DNA of 64,000 nt from Macrostomum lignano (taxonomy: Eukaryota), in assembly GCA_002269645.1 (NCBI GenBank), contig NIVC01001121.1:1-64000 (forward strand), written 5' to 3'. Shown in pieces: positions 48,345-61,994 of the stretch (within the stretch, counting starts at the first letter, position 1; each line of letters begins with the position of its first letter). The position numbers were made by a program, and so were the translations under genes. Below the pieces are notes generated by a model. That model searched no databases and was not told where the DNA came from. It saw only the letters and a list, made by a program, of their open reading frames with translations.

Positions 48345-49100
48345 TTGAGAGGCGTCACCTGTAGGATTGGGAGACGTCACCTGTAAGATTGAGAAACGTC
48401 ACCTGTAGGATTGAGAGACGTCATATGTAGGATTGAGAGACTTTACCTGTAGTATTGGAGTGTCACCTGTAGGATTGAGGTGTGTCACCTGTAGGATTGA
48501 GAAACGTCACCTGTAGGATTGAGAGACGTCACCTGTAGGATTGAGAGACGTCACCTGTAGAATTAAGAGACGTCATCTGTAGGATTGAGAAACGTCATCT
48601 GTAGGATTGAGAAACGTCACCTGTAGGATTGATTGACAGACATCACCTGTAGGATGAGAGACGTCATCTGTAGGATTGAGAAACGTCATCTGTAGGATTG
48701 AGAGACTTCACCTGTAGTATTGAGAAACGTCACCTGTAGGATTGAGAAACGTCACCTGTAGGATTGAGAAACGTCACCTGTAGGATTAAGAGACGTCACC
48801 TGTGGGATTGAGAGACTTCACCTGTAGGATTGAGAGACGTCACCTGTAGGATTGAGAAACGTCACCTGTAGGATTGAGAGACGTCACCTGTAGGATTGAG
48901 AAACGTCACCTGTAGGATTGAGAGACGTCACCTGTAGGATTGAGAAACGTCACCTGTAGGATTGAGAAACGTCACCTGTAGGATTAAGAGACGTCACCTG
49001 TGGGATTGAGAGACTTCACCTGTAGGATTGAGAGACGTTCACCTGTAGGATTGAGAGACTTCACCTGTAGGATTGAAAGACGTCACCTGTAGGATTGAGA
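48345..49100. repeat. 22-bp minisatellite just upstream of K2P gene 1
   Basis: Unit ACGTCACCTGTAGGATTGAGAG. Confidence 0.96.
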
Positions 49101-49194
49101 AGTATCATTCATATCCCCAATAATTGTCCAATCACCTATGGCATTCGAGAACGCACAGAGTTTATTCCAACAATGCTCAATCACTGCAGCAGCG

Positions 49195-51964
49195 ATGTAC
49201 TCAAACGGTGGCTTCGAGGCTGACATGTTCGACGGCAGCTACCAGGCGAAGTCCACAGCGCAGCGTCAGCCGCCGCTAAAGTCTGCCGCGGTCAGCACCA
49301 GCCGATTCCATCACGCTGGCGGCGTTTGGGGCTTTCGCGGCTTCGACGTGGAGACGGACACCGCGGCGGTGGTGAAGCACAACGGAGCGCCCGACAGCTC
49401 AGCGAAAGCTCAGGACGCAGCGAGTCAGAGCAAATGCCGCAAATGCTGCAAGCGCTTCGGCTCCATCATGCTGTCCCAGCTGGGCACCTTTGTCATCGTC
49501 ATCTTCTACGTGGTCATGGGCGGCTTTCTATTCCAATACCTTGAAGTTGAAAACGAGGTGTCAAGCTGTCAGACAAAGTACGACAAGTACTTGTCAAAAA
49601 GAAACGAAGCGGTTGATCGGATCTACAATATGGCTCAGAATGGCAAGAACGCGGTTGCAGCTAAAGCCAGCATATTTACTGAAATCAGCGACTTTGCTAA
49701 GGACATTTACACCCTGAGCATGGACCCGCGGCTAAACTGCTCTACGCTGGGGCAGGGCGACAATATTCCCTATTGGAATTTCGCTAATGCAGCCTACTTC
49801 TGCGTGACTGTGATCACTACTATTGGTGAGTGAGGGGCATTGGTTTGTCAGTAGCTTCAACAATGCTTTGTCAGTAGCTCCAACAATGATTTGTCAGTAG
49901 CTTCAACAATGATTTGTCAGTAGCTTCAACAATCATTTGTCAGTAGCTTCAACAATGCTTTGTCAGTAGCTTCAACAATGATTTGTCAGTAGCTTCAACA
50001 ATGCTTTGTCAGTAGCTTCAACAATGCTTTGTCAGTAGCTTCAACAATGCTTTGTCAGTAGCTTCAACAATGATTTGTCAGTAGCTTCAACAATGGCTTG
50101 TCAGTAGCTTCAACAATGCTTTGTCAGTAGTTTCAACAATGCTTTGTCAGTAGTTTCAACAAAGCTTTGTCAGTAGCTTCAGCAATAGTTTGTCAGTAGC
50201 TTCTTGTCTATCACCAAGTTGACATGAGAGTACTAGTTAAAACTTATTCATGAAAATAATGCTCACAGTATTAACCTTCTCTATGCACCGCAATTCAAGG
50301 CTACGGTCACATCGCGCCAGGAACATCCTGGGGCCAGATCGTGTGCATGATCTACGCCATCTTAGGCATTCCACTCATGCTGCTCTTTCTAACAAAGATT
50401 GGCGAACCAACCGCTATGCTGTTCAAAGCCTTCTACCTGAACATCTGCTGTTGCAAGTGTTTCATTAAACGAAAGTGCCCGGAAGAGAAGGCCGTAGAAG
50501 AATCGATTCGGGAGCAGCAGAGGCAGCAATCTTCTTGGACAACGGCTGACGAGAGCGGCAAGATGCCACCAGCTAAGGTGGTCGTGATTGACTTGCTAAA
50601 TTTTCTGTTGAATTATTCATACTTCTCAGCCAGTGCTTCTTGGTTCATTGATTTTTGTTTTGCTGGGAAACAGTATAATACTACAATCAAGCAAAACAGT
50701 TAGCTTCCAAGCACAATAACTCACTATGAAGGCCATTCTTCACATCCTTTTAGTTGCTATGCGCACTATTCGAGGTTTTAGCAACACAAGCAAAACCTTT
50801 GGGTGGAAATATTGCAGCGACATCAGACAACACGAGGTTAAAAAGGTGTTTTATCAAATTCAAAGATATGAGCTTACTTATTGTCAAAAAGACCGGTTTT
50901 CTCAAGGCCAAACAGACGGGTTTCCTCAAGGTCAAAGATATGGGCTTATCTTAAGGTCAAAGAGATGGTTCAATCTCAAGGTCAAAGAGTTGGGTTTCCT
51001 TAAGGTCAAAATGACGGGTCTATCTCAAGGCCAAAGAGATGGATTTATCTCAAATTCAAGGATACTGGTTCTTCTCAAGGTCAGAGATACGGTTTTTCTC
51101 AATGAATTCTTCACAGAGCAACCGATACTCGATTGGCATTTAAACAGGTGAAGGATCTGGTTGTAGTTGAAGAAGATGACGAAGAAGATGACGAAGAAGA
51201 AGACATCGTGAACATTCCCATCAGCGTGACTATTTTGCTGCTTATTCTCTACATTCTACTGGGCGCGGCCGTGTTCCGTATCTGGGAGAAATGGACCTTG
51301 ATCGAAGGCACCTATTTCTCGTTTATCACGCTGAGCACAATTGGTTTTGGCGATTACGTTCCAGGAAAAGACGGCCCGTTCAATAGTGTGAGCATCTTTT
51401 TCCCAGCCTGTTGGTAGTGTAATCGTCGTGTATTCCAGGCTTTAGGGGGATTACTGATAAGGTCAGAAACATACATTGTACGAGAGTACTTCAGCTGATC
51501 CCGAAAAGAGTGGAAACTTTTCTACTGAACTTCCCTGATTCACTCTCCACCGGCAGATGACGGTGATCACCGAGCTTCTAGTCGGAGCCCTGTACTGCTT
51601 CTTCGGTCTGACGGTCCTGTCAATGTGTATCAACCTCATCCAGGACGAGATATCAGCCAAGTTCCACTGGATCGGACTCAAACTCGGCATGGTGAAACGC
51701 GTCGAACAGCCAAGCGACGATGAAAGCGAAGATGAGTCATCAACGGACAGCGACTCGTCATCGTGCAGCAGCGCCGATTCGAGGGGCGACCATCGGGCCG
51801 TTGCTCAATCGAGAAACAGCAGCGCCGCGAGCCGCTCCTCTCGGCGTGGTCAACATCAGCGTCATCAGCAGCTGACTGTCCCGCAGCCGCCGAGACGTCA
51901 GCTCATCAGCGGCAGGCACATCATGTACGACAACGAGAATGCGACGAGTAGCAGCGCGGCTTAG
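49195..51964 (+). CDS. Two-pore-domain (K2P/KCNK family) potassium channel, paralogue 1
   Basis: Exons 49195-49825, 50300-50577, 51148-51387 and 51557-51964. P1 is TTIG|YGHIAP split by an intron, P2 is STIGFGDYVPG, with four TM segments. Start MYSNGGFEA was chosen by homology to paralogue 2 (MWDNQGFEA). Confidence 0.93.
49845..50205. repeat. 23-bp minisatellite in K2P-1 intron 1
   Basis: Unit TTGTCAGTAGCTTCAACAATGCT. Confidence 0.95.
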
Positions 51965-52089
51965 GAAAGTTTAGCGAGACTTGATAACAAATGCAACTAC
52001 TAATTGTAGTACTGTTTACTGTGTCAGTTGTTGTGCAGTCATCCTAATGTTTTGATGCTCCAAACTTGAATGCCGATAAAACTGCTGTC

Positions 52090-52742
52090 ATGGATCGCAA
52101 CACATTGGTGTCAGGGACTGCAATACATTAGTGTCAGGGAGTGCAACACATTGGTGTCGGGGAGTGCAACACATTGGAGTCGGGGACTGCAACACATTTG
52201 TGTCAGGGAGTGCAACACATTGGTGTCAGGGAGTGCAACACATTGGTGTCAGGAAATGCAACACATTGGTCTCAGGGAGTGCAACACATTGGTGTCAGGA
52301 AATGCAACACATTGGTCTCAGGGACCGCAACACATTGGTGTCAAGAAATGCAACACATTGGTGCAGGGAGTGCAACATATTGGTGTATGGAAATGCAACA
52401 CATTGGAGTCGGGGAGTGCAACACATTGGTCTCAGGGACCGCAACACATTGGTGTCAGGAAATGCAACACATTGGTGTCAGGGACCGCAACACATTGGTG
52501 TCAGGAAATGCAACACATTGGTGTCAGGGACCGCAACACATTGGTGTCAGGAAATGCAACACATTGGTGTCAGGGATCGCAACACATTGGTGTCAGGAAA
52601 TGCAACACATTGGTGTCAGGGACCGCAACACATTGGTGTCAGGGACCGCAACACATTGGTGTCAGGGAGTGCAACACATTGGTGTCAGGAAATGCAACAC
52701 ATTGGTGTCAGGGACCGCAACACATTGGTGTCAGGGACTGCA
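52090..52742. repeat. 21-bp minisatellite between the K2P genes
   Basis: Unit GCAACACATTGGTGTCAGGGA. Confidence 0.95.
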
Positions 52743-53424
52743 ACTTTGCTTTCAGCGTCAAAGAATTATGGGTGCACGGAACAACTGGCAATGACAAAAT
52801 TTTCTGTCTTTTCTAAAGTGCGATAAATTACAATTATTTTTCTCACTGTGCCTTCTATTGTAATACGTTTGCGTCATAAAATGTTTAAACATATCATTGG
52901 TGATTTTATCCCAGGGCGGTTACATTTAAATTGTCGAAGGTATTTGATATGGAAAGTCAGCACTAATCTGATCGAGCACTTTTACCACTAGCAAAGAACC
53001 TTTTTCGGTATAAAGAGAAAAACTTTTATACTCTACCTACTATCAGTAGTCAGTCGTCAGTCTGTGAAATTAACATTTACATTTTTTCACGAATCTCTCT
53101 TACTAACTGGAGTGGCTGATAATTCGATTCAGAAATATACACTTCGCCATAATGAATGGCATCATGCTATGAAGAATGCCTTGAAAGCAAATATTATTGA
53201 GACTAATTATACAATCGAATGAGTGCGATGAAGTGTAAACAGAAACTTTGATGTCTCTTACCAAGAGGTCAATTAATTTCTGGCAAGCTGTAGGGTACTG
53301 AGAGACAGTGGTAACACAATAACAGTCAATGTATAGTTTGCTCAGACCCGTTTTAAAATTTATTTGAGCAATCTTTGACCCGCAGAGCTACTAGCGTTAA
53401 TGTGAACTGGCCTTAAGGTTTGTC

Positions 53425-53965
53425 ATTCGACACTTGTGTCAGCAGCTTCGACAGTTGTTTGTCAGCAGCTTCGACAGTTGTTTGTCAGTAGCTTTGACAG
53501 TTGTTTGTCAGTAGCTTCGACAGTTGTTTGTCAGCAGCTTCGACAGTTGTTTGTCAGTAGCTTTGACAGTTGTTTGTCAGTAGCTTCGACAGTTGTTTGT
53601 CAGCAGCTTCGACAGTTGTTTGTCAGTAGCCTCGACAGTTGTTTGTCAGCAGCTTCGACAGTTGTTTGTCAGTAGCTTCGACAGTTGTTTGTCAGCAGCT
53701 TCGACAGTTGTTTGTCAGTAGCTTCGACAGTTGTTTGTCAGCAGCTTCGACAGTTGTTTGTCAGTAGCCTCGACAGTTGTTTGTCAGCAGCTTCGACAGT
53801 TGTTTGTCAGCAGCTTCGACAGTTGTTTGTCAGCAGCTTCGACAGTTGTTTGTCAGTAGCTTCGACAGTTGTTTGTCAGCAGCTTCGACAGTTGTTTGTC
53901 AGTAGCTTCGACAGTTGTTTGTCAGTAGCTTCGACAGTTGTTTGTCAGTAGCTTCGACAGTTTGT
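53425..53965. repeat. 23-bp minisatellite upstream of K2P-2, same family as 49845-50205
   Basis: Unit TTGTCAGTAGCTTCGACAGTTGT. Confidence 0.95.
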
Positions 53966-54271
53966 CTGAAGCATACATTCAGTTAACATATTATTTATCA
54001 AAATCATCCGCTTTATTACCAGATTCTTTGCCAAACAGCCTGATTATAGTTTTATATACTTGTGTACTTTACATGCAGCAAATGAAAGTTGATTAGGATA
54101 CATATATACAATTAGAGTTCCCTAATTTGGAGGCCATCCATGATTGGTTGGTCCCAAGGCTGCTGTCCAAGCAAACAATCAATCTGTCACAAAATTATCC
54201 CCATAAAAGACCCTCCCAAAGCCAGCCTGCATTGCACGAAAGCATCAATTGTTCTCAGAACGCGCTCAACC

Positions 54272-54421
54272 ATGTGGGACAATCAAGGCTTCGAAGCGAA
54301 CGCATTCGATGGCGCAGTGATGACGTCATCCTCAGGAGCTAACAAAATTAGCAGCTTTCAAGTGACCAACTTTGCCACTGCTAGCGGCGGCATTACCGGC
54401 TTTAAGCAGACATCAGCGGCT

Positions 54422-54453
<32 letters not shown>

Positions 54454-56856
54454 GCAGGACGAAGCTGCGGATGCGGCGAGTCGCGAGCGATGGAAGCGCT
54501 GCTGCCAGAGATTCGCAGCTATCATGCTGTCGCACTTGGGCACGCTGACCCTGGTCATTATCTACCTAATTATGGGCGGCTTCTTGTTCAACTACCTGGA
54601 GGAGACTAATGAGAAGTCGGCCTGTTCTATTGCCTACTCCAAGTACGAGGCCAAACGAAACGAAGCCACTGATCGAGTTTACAACATCGCTCAGGGCGCC
54701 AATTCGTCGCTGTCGAAGAGCGCCATTCTCAGTCAGCTGGAGGTGTTCGCTAAGGATATTTACACACTGAGCGTTGATCCGACAAAGAATTGCAGCACCA
54801 TTGGGACGGTCGATAACCCTGCTAATTGGGTGCTGGCCAATGCTATTTATTTCTGCACGACTATTGTGACCACAATAGGTAAGAGTCAGGGTCGGGCGCC
54901 TCTGAGTGTCAGACAGTACTCAAAAAAGTGTCAGGTAGTGCTTAAATAAGTGTCAGGTAGTGCTCAAAAAAATTTCAGGTAGCACTCAAATAAGTATCAG
55001 GTAGTGCTCAAAAAGTGTCAGGTAGCACTCAAATAAGTGTCAGGTAGTGCTCAAATAAGTGTCAGGTAGTAGTGCTCAAATAAGTGTCAGGTAGTGCTCA
55101 AATAAGTGTCAGGTAGTAGTGCTCAAATAAGTTTCAGGTAGCACTCAAATAAGTGTCAGGTAGTGCTCAAATAAGTGTCAGGTAGTAGTGCTCAAATAAG
55201 TGTCGGTAGTGCTCAAATAAGTTTCAGGTAGCACTCAAATAAGTGTCAGGTAGCACTCAAATAAGTGTCAGGTAGTGCTCAAATAAGTGTCAGGTAGTAG
55301 TGCTCAAATAAGTGTCGGTAGTGCTCAAATAAGTTTCAGGTAGCACTCAAATAAGTGTCAGGTAGTGCTCAAATAAGTGTCAGGTAGTAGTGCTCAAATA
55401 AGTGTCAGGTAGTGCTCAAATAAGTGTCAGGTAGTAGTGCTCAAATACGTTTCAGGTAGTGCTCAAATTAGTGTCGGGTAGGACTCAAATAAAAGCGCTT
55501 AATAAACAGGTCGGAAGTAGTTTTCTACATGTTGGCAGCTGCACTTAAAGCAATATTGTAAAGTACATTTGACAGCGAGAGCAATAATTTGGCAAAAAAT
55601 GAATATTTTGCAGGCTACGGCCACATCTCGCCGACCACCCAGTGGGGCCAAATAATCTGCATGATCTACGCCATCTTAGGCATTCCACTCATGCTGCTCT
55701 TTCTAACAAAGATTGGCGAGCCAACCGCTATGCTGTTTCGCAGCTTCTACCTGAACATCTGCTGTTGCAAATGCTTTGTTAAACGAAGGCATCCGGCTCA
55801 GTCAGCCGGTGAGCAGCAGCAGACGGAATGGCGCAACGTTGAGGATGGCGGTGACGGACAGGCCAAGCAGCCACCGCCCAAGGTAAGCGGCCCCTTTTTC
55901 ACGACTGAAATTTGTAAACAGACTTTTTAGAGCTGTCTCTCCTGATGAAGAAGAGGTGCATGCTTCGATTTATATCCCCCGATCCGAATCCGCCAACCAG
56001 GTCGGAACCGTGCTAGTCGTTGAAGAGGACGACAATGATGACGACTTCGATGACGAAGTTGTGAACATTCCCATCACGGTGACCATCATGCTGCTGATTT
56101 TGTACATCCTTGTCGGCGCCGCGGTGTTCACAGCCTGGGAGAAGGACTGGACGCTGGTCGAGGGCACTTACTTCTCATTTATAACCCTGAGCACCATTGG
56201 GTTTGGAGATTACGTTCCCGGTCGCAATGGACCCTTTGACGATGTGAGAGCTGTTTTGAAATCTGTATTAAAATCGATTGTACCGAAGCTGTCTTGGACC
56301 ACATTTGCCACAATGTGGAGGAAGCAGAGCAGCTCAGTGGAAAGCGCGTACCGTCTGACTTCTCACGCCACGACCCAAACTGGTTCTATCCCGTGCGCGA
56401 CCCCTCATTCATTCAGTCACTCAGTCACCATGTACTGCTCATCGCCAATCCACCCTGCAGGTGAGCGTGATTATGGAGCTGCTAGTGGGAGCAATCTACT
56501 GCCTATTCGGCCTGGCAATGCTGTCCATGTGCATGAACCTCATCCAGGACGAGATCACGGCCAAGCTGCGCTGGATTGGCAACAAGATGGGCATCAAGAC
56601 GAAAAGCAGCGAAGATGAAGAGGAAGACGAAGACGAGTCCAGCTGCTGCCACTCGGACGATTCCAGCGATGCGTGCAGCTCGGATGAGGCGAACCTGCCG
56701 GACTACAACGGTACAAATGGTAGGTCGGCTGCCACCAGGCGAACCGGAAGGAGTCGCACATCAACTATGGGAAGGTCGGCCAAGCGAGTGACAGCTGGAC
56801 AAGTTTCAGCCAGGCAGATGTCAGCTAGGCAGGTGATTGGCGACAGTTCCGCTTGA
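54272..56856 (+). CDS. Two-pore-domain (K2P/KCNK family) potassium channel, paralogue 2
   Basis: Exons 54272-54878, 55614-55882, 56001-56243 and 56461-56856, with the same intron positions and phases as paralogue 1. TTIG|YGH and STIGFGDYVPG filters. Confidence 0.93.
54905..55480. repeat. 22/25-bp minisatellite in K2P-2 intron 1
   Basis: Unit AAATAAGTGTCAGGTAGTGCTC. Confidence 0.95.
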
Positions 56857-59800
56857 GACATTGCTTTCTCGAGAGCTACTACCGACTCACCATAATGGAA
56901 GAGCTCGAAAGTTGCTATGCGTACGATTGGTTGCAACTCACTCTGCGAGCTTTAAACTTAAAGGAATCGTATACGAGTATGTTGTTTGATGTGGCGTAAA
57001 TCTGGCTTTCCCTGCTGACACCGCACGAGGGACATATACTCGTAGATAACTGAACTCATTTGATTTGTTCATCTGAAAAATCTATGGCCAATATATCTCT
57101 GAATGTTCTTTGATCAAAGTTAGGATGTTGTTTATAGGCTATTTAGGTCTTGTCTGCGAGTTTTTAGGTTTGCTTGACTGGTAATACTCGTATCTCTATG
57201 GTATTATTTAACCATAAAAGCTAAACCCGCATTCTCCCATTGGTTGTTCAGCAGACCCTATTTTGGGCCACAGACTATGAAAAGCAAGTCCTCCTCAAAA
57301 CGAGGTTGAAACGCGCGTCAGACCGCCCGCTAAGAATGTCTATGGTCAAAGGGTAAAGTTCATTCAGATTCAGTGCAAATTCAGTTGCCCCAGAGCTCCC
57401 TTATTTCATGCTAACTGCAAATATACTCGTGGCTACGCTTCTGCTCGGGCAGAAACGGCTACGCACGTCGGCTGAACTTTCTGCAGCCTATTCATATTGG
57501 GTACAATATTTCTTTCACTTTTTTGGCTCGACCATTTGACAATGCAGTGTTATACGCTACAAAATGCCCTCGTACATGTACTTGAAAATTTGAATGCTTT
57601 AGATACAAGTAACAAGTGCAATGATCGTTTTTAGATTTTTCTGAGTGACTTTGACGTCTGTTCATTAAAAACCTTTCGATTCTACTTTCTGCCTTTAAAA
57701 ATTACTTTCGAATCTTTGACAGTCGAATATCTTATTACGGTGTTTTATGCACAATTTCACAAGCAAAACCAACCACAACGTCCATTTGTTTGCAACTTTT
57801 GTTTACAAGCGCCCAATAAAGAACAGAAGTCTTGACTGTTACTGGTCTGAAATCGCAAAACATGGATAGAGGCTTTGTCAATGGAGAATGTTGGTACACT
57901 TAGTTGACGTTTTGCCACATCCGTAGACCTACACAGAGCCGTCTACAGGCGTCAAGTACGTCGGTAAACTACATGCTGGTACAGAAAAGTGAACTTATAC
58001 TGGCTGCGTGCAAAGATCCGGTGTGTTATCCAGTGTTGAGCAGCTTATTTATGATTTTGCCCTCGCTGCGGGCACTGTTAATTCTGTCCTGTTTTTCCTC
58101 TGTTTAAGCTCTCTGATTTCTCGTTGCCCCTAGCAACCGAATCAAGTCGAGAAGGAAATCATGGCCCTGCCGACTCCGATCCCTGGCAGGGGAGTGGGAG
58201 GCCAGTTCCGCAGTGATTTTTTTGCTCTGGCTAACTCAGATTTATTGTCCCCATGCAGCAGCTTGCCCTGCAGACTGCGTACTTGAAGCGCTGCACAAAG
58301 AGAGTTGAGCAAATGCTTTTCGGAGCTCTCGGCCACGGTTGCAAGCCGTCCCATTGTTCCAGGCGGCTTAATCATGAAGTCTACCGATGAAGCATCCCTC
58401 TCTCCATCCTGCCTTCACGGCAAGTTTCCTGTCAGCCAGTCGAGACCTGCTCCATAAATCAGTAAAAACAGAGGAAAGACAAAAGCGCCCGGAGACGAAA
58501 AAACGTGCCAGCGCGATTCTTCATTCGTTGCTTTTCAAGCAAGAACCTTGGAGATGGGAAAAAACAATAGACAATGGCTCTGGGTTCTTTTGGTGAGGCT
58601 TATATATGGACTTTTTTCTTCAACAAAGCTGATCTGCCTACACACAGCTGGAGCTGGTTAATTGCTTTGAAGTCTCTGGGTCTGAAAATACTGTTTTTTC
58701 AATCATTTCACTTATGGGGAGTCTGTTTTTGCTTTCCTGTCATGCTCGTAAAAACAAGCAACTTTGTTCAAAGCTTCCAGTTACCCTGGAGACAACACAT
58801 GTAGACAATTTGTTTTCCCGATGCACTGAAGCTTTAGTAGTCGAAAGCAAAATGACGGAGGTGAGACAGAGCCGCCCCAGGATTTTTTATGGATGGTTCT
58901 TATAAAATAAAAATTCATTATATAGAATTATGTACGAAAAAAGCTGCTAAAATGACGCTGCTATCATGAGCGCCAAGTGCGTTGAAATCTACTGACAAAA
59001 GACGAGCATAAATTTATTTGCACTTTGTTAATACCCTGCAGATGTACAAGGACGACCGATTTACATATAATAATGTAGCTTTAACATCTTATTATACATG
59101 TATGACAACAAAATAATGCGTAGCGTAGTTAGTAGCGCGCCTGTCCTCGCCGGTAGCTAGGGCGCCTGCAGCGGCTTTGCGCATTTCAAATCGGCGCGGC
59201 CACGACGTATAGTACGTGGCCTGCCAACTGGAGTTGACGACGTCGTGACGGGTTGCTTTGACAGCGGGAGTGAGCGGGACCACGAGGTCGGCTGTGTGGC
59301 ACCGCTGGTCCAGATCTTTCCCGTGCAACGTTCCCGACGTTCACCGACGTATCCGACGTACATGTATTTGTACATGTATGAGTAATTTACGCGGTCGAAT
59401 AACTGATTGCCGAACGGGTTTAGGTCATGGCACCAAAGGACTGTGTGAGGCTCATTGTCAAGATCTTGAGTACCGTCCTGGACTACAGTAGGGCTGCATT
59501 TACATGTAGCGAAGCAGTTGTGATGTCGCAATGCCGACGCGCTGGACAGGCTGTTCTACCGTTGCGGTGAGCGTCGGCCAAGCGGTCGATTAACACTGCA
59601 CGCAGGGCACAACTGCGATCTTCGACTTGGTGCATGGAACTTCCGCAATAGTGTACTGCATGTACGAGCAAACGTGTAATCCGCAGTCATGGACTGCTTT
59701 TCGAGCTGTTGAGGACAGTTTTCGAATAGACAATAAACTAACAACTAACAATATGTGATTAGTGGTGCAGAAAGGAAGGAGGGGAAAGAAGTGAAGGGCC

Positions 59801-61165
59801 TAAGCCGCGGGTTGAAGTTGTATTTATACTAACAATGATGAACAGGCCAGCCAAATTGTCTGTGGTAAATGAACGGTTATACGATAGTCTGTGGGGAAAG
59901 GCATGGTAGACAAAGGGAGACGGCTAACTGAAAAGTACAAGGTAATAGAAAGTACAAATATTTGGAGGATGGAAATCCGACAACAGTCTTACAGTCTGGG
60001 TCTGGGGCCCATATTATAAGCTGATCAGAATTCGAAAACCAGAGGTTACTGACATACTCGTACGCGTGTCATTTCATGTTTTTGTTGTCGAGGCCGAGGC
60101 CATTAACGCGGTGCAACCCTAGAAGACATTGACGTGTTGATTCTTAACAGATCATCTATCTTCTTGGGTTGCTGCGCAAGTACTTGCAAGAACGTGCAAG
60201 ATCTTCGCTATGATAATACTTAGGTAAACTTACCAGATCTGGCATGGGCGACTTGCTACATCGTGCAAGATCTTAGCTTTTATATCTTAATAGCTTCGAA
60301 TCGCATATTTTATTAAATTTAATTATTGTCCCATTTTGCCATAAAATAAAAAATAAGAAAGCTAGAACACTTTGGCCCAATGAATAACAAAACAAATGTA
60401 CCTCCCTTCTTAGAAGATCCTGAAAGAACCGAGCAGATTGGGAAGATCGGCTATAAAGAATGGCACAGAGACGATCTGATCGGCTAAGTTAGAGAAACAA
60501 AATGTCCCCTAGGAAATATCGAGTCGAACAGCTAGAGCGCAGTAAAAGGGCGTTGGTTAGTCTACACACGTATTACACTATATCAACTTTAGTTACATGT
60601 GTGCATACAGGTTTTTTTCTTTCGAAATCGAGGTGGCTCATGCACTGGCCTAATGCATATTTATACATTTAATGTAGTAAAATTGTTCGAAATAAATGAG
60701 GCTTGAAAGCCCAATGCGCACTCATACATGTATTTATTGATCAAAACTACGAGCTCAGGCTTCTGATCGTATGATACACCAAACAACTTTTGGTCCAGGG
60801 TAGTTAATATAATAAGCTCCCAGTTCAGAAAAACGCGTTTGAACTCAATTCTTAGCGGCGCGTAAGCAACATAAGCAACACAGACGGGCACATAAAGAAA
60901 TTTTACGCAGTTTCATCACCAATGAGCTACTCGACATACTCATATGGGTACAATAGCAAAAATCAAATCAGGTGTTTATAAAACTACGGTTTGTTTCACG
61001 CGAATGTTTGTTACATTTTTAAAAGCGAAGTTTCTTAGAAATTTTTGAAGAATCAACGCCCCCACGTCACGTCGTCACCGATATTTTATCTCCACCTTGT
61101 TGTTTTTACTTTTTTTGTGATTGTAACCTGCAGTAGTAGCAGTTAGTTAGTTATTATTATAACGA

Positions 61166-61345
61166 ATGGAAGACGTTAATGATATTATAGATTCCTATGA
61201 AACCACATTAATAGAGCAGTTTGACAGACCAGAAAAGAGAACTATAGATAATTTGACCGCTGTAATTAAAGGTTACCTTACTCACGAAGAATGCTCCCTT
61301 ATTTCTCAACGAATGTGTGAGCTTATTGAGAGAAGATTGAAACAG
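61166..61345 (+). CDS. PCF11: Probable first coding exon of a CID-domain protein, PCF11-like; the rest lies beyond the window
   Basis: MEDVNDIIDSYETTLIEQFDRPEKRTIDNLTAVIKGYLTHEECSLISQRMCELIERRLKQ resembles the PCF11 CID N-terminus pattern (Y..L.E...K..I..LT....LIE.R). It ends at a strong phase-0 donor CAG|GTATGT. Assignment is by remembered motif similarity only. Confidence 0.6.
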
Positions 61346-61567
61346 GTATGTACTAGGCACTATGACATTCATAAGGTTAATGTCTTGTAGCATTCATGAT
61401 CAGACATAATTCGACAAGGCCCTGGCCTGGGCCTGGGGCTTATGTCAAAAACTCAAACTTAAGCCTAAGGGTAGGACGATATCACATTTTCGCGATTTTC
61501 GAGACTCTTTATCTATACTTTCGAGATAAGCAAGATTCGATTAAGATTCGAAATTAAGCCTAATTAG

Positions 61568-61956
61568 TAGAGGTCGGATGGGATTGAAATCTTTGGGCGG
61601 GGGATCAGGATCGGGAATAATTTTTTTCTCGGGATCGGGATTGGGATTCGGGAATCGGGATCAGGTCTTTTAGTGTATTGTCCATGTAAAGTTAAACAAA
61701 ATTGAGGAAAGATTGTCAAGATCAAGAAGTAAAACACAACGAAATTGATATGAAGTTTTGTAACCAACAAATTAAATAATGTAACGAGTACAAGTTAAAG
61801 CAAAATACCTTCAAGTAATCACTAATTCTATAAATTATTAATCGAAAGACCTGTTCCCGAATCTCGAGTTTTTTAGGGTTAGGATTCTGGTCCCGCAGGA
61901 ATTCAATTTTCCTCGGGATCCCGAGATTTTGGGATTGGGATCCTGTCCAACCTCCA
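61568..61956. mobile_element. 389-bp hAT-type MITE
   Basis: 8-bp TSD CTAATTAG at 61560-61567 and 61957-61964. TIRs TAGAGGTCGGATGGGAT and ATCCTGTCCAACCTCCA, with subterminal CGGGAT repeats. Confidence 0.85.
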
Positions 61957-61994
61957 CTAATTAGTATCTAGTAGCTCATTTAGGACTTTTAGGT

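Noticed and set aside
49138-49194. Upstream ATG at 49138 as the K2P-1 start
   Set aside because: It precedes an acceptor-like site and has no counterpart in paralogue 2; ATG 49195 aligns with the paralogue start.
52070-53951. ORFs 52070-52826 and 53436-53951
   Set aside because: They are translations of 21- and 23-bp satellites.
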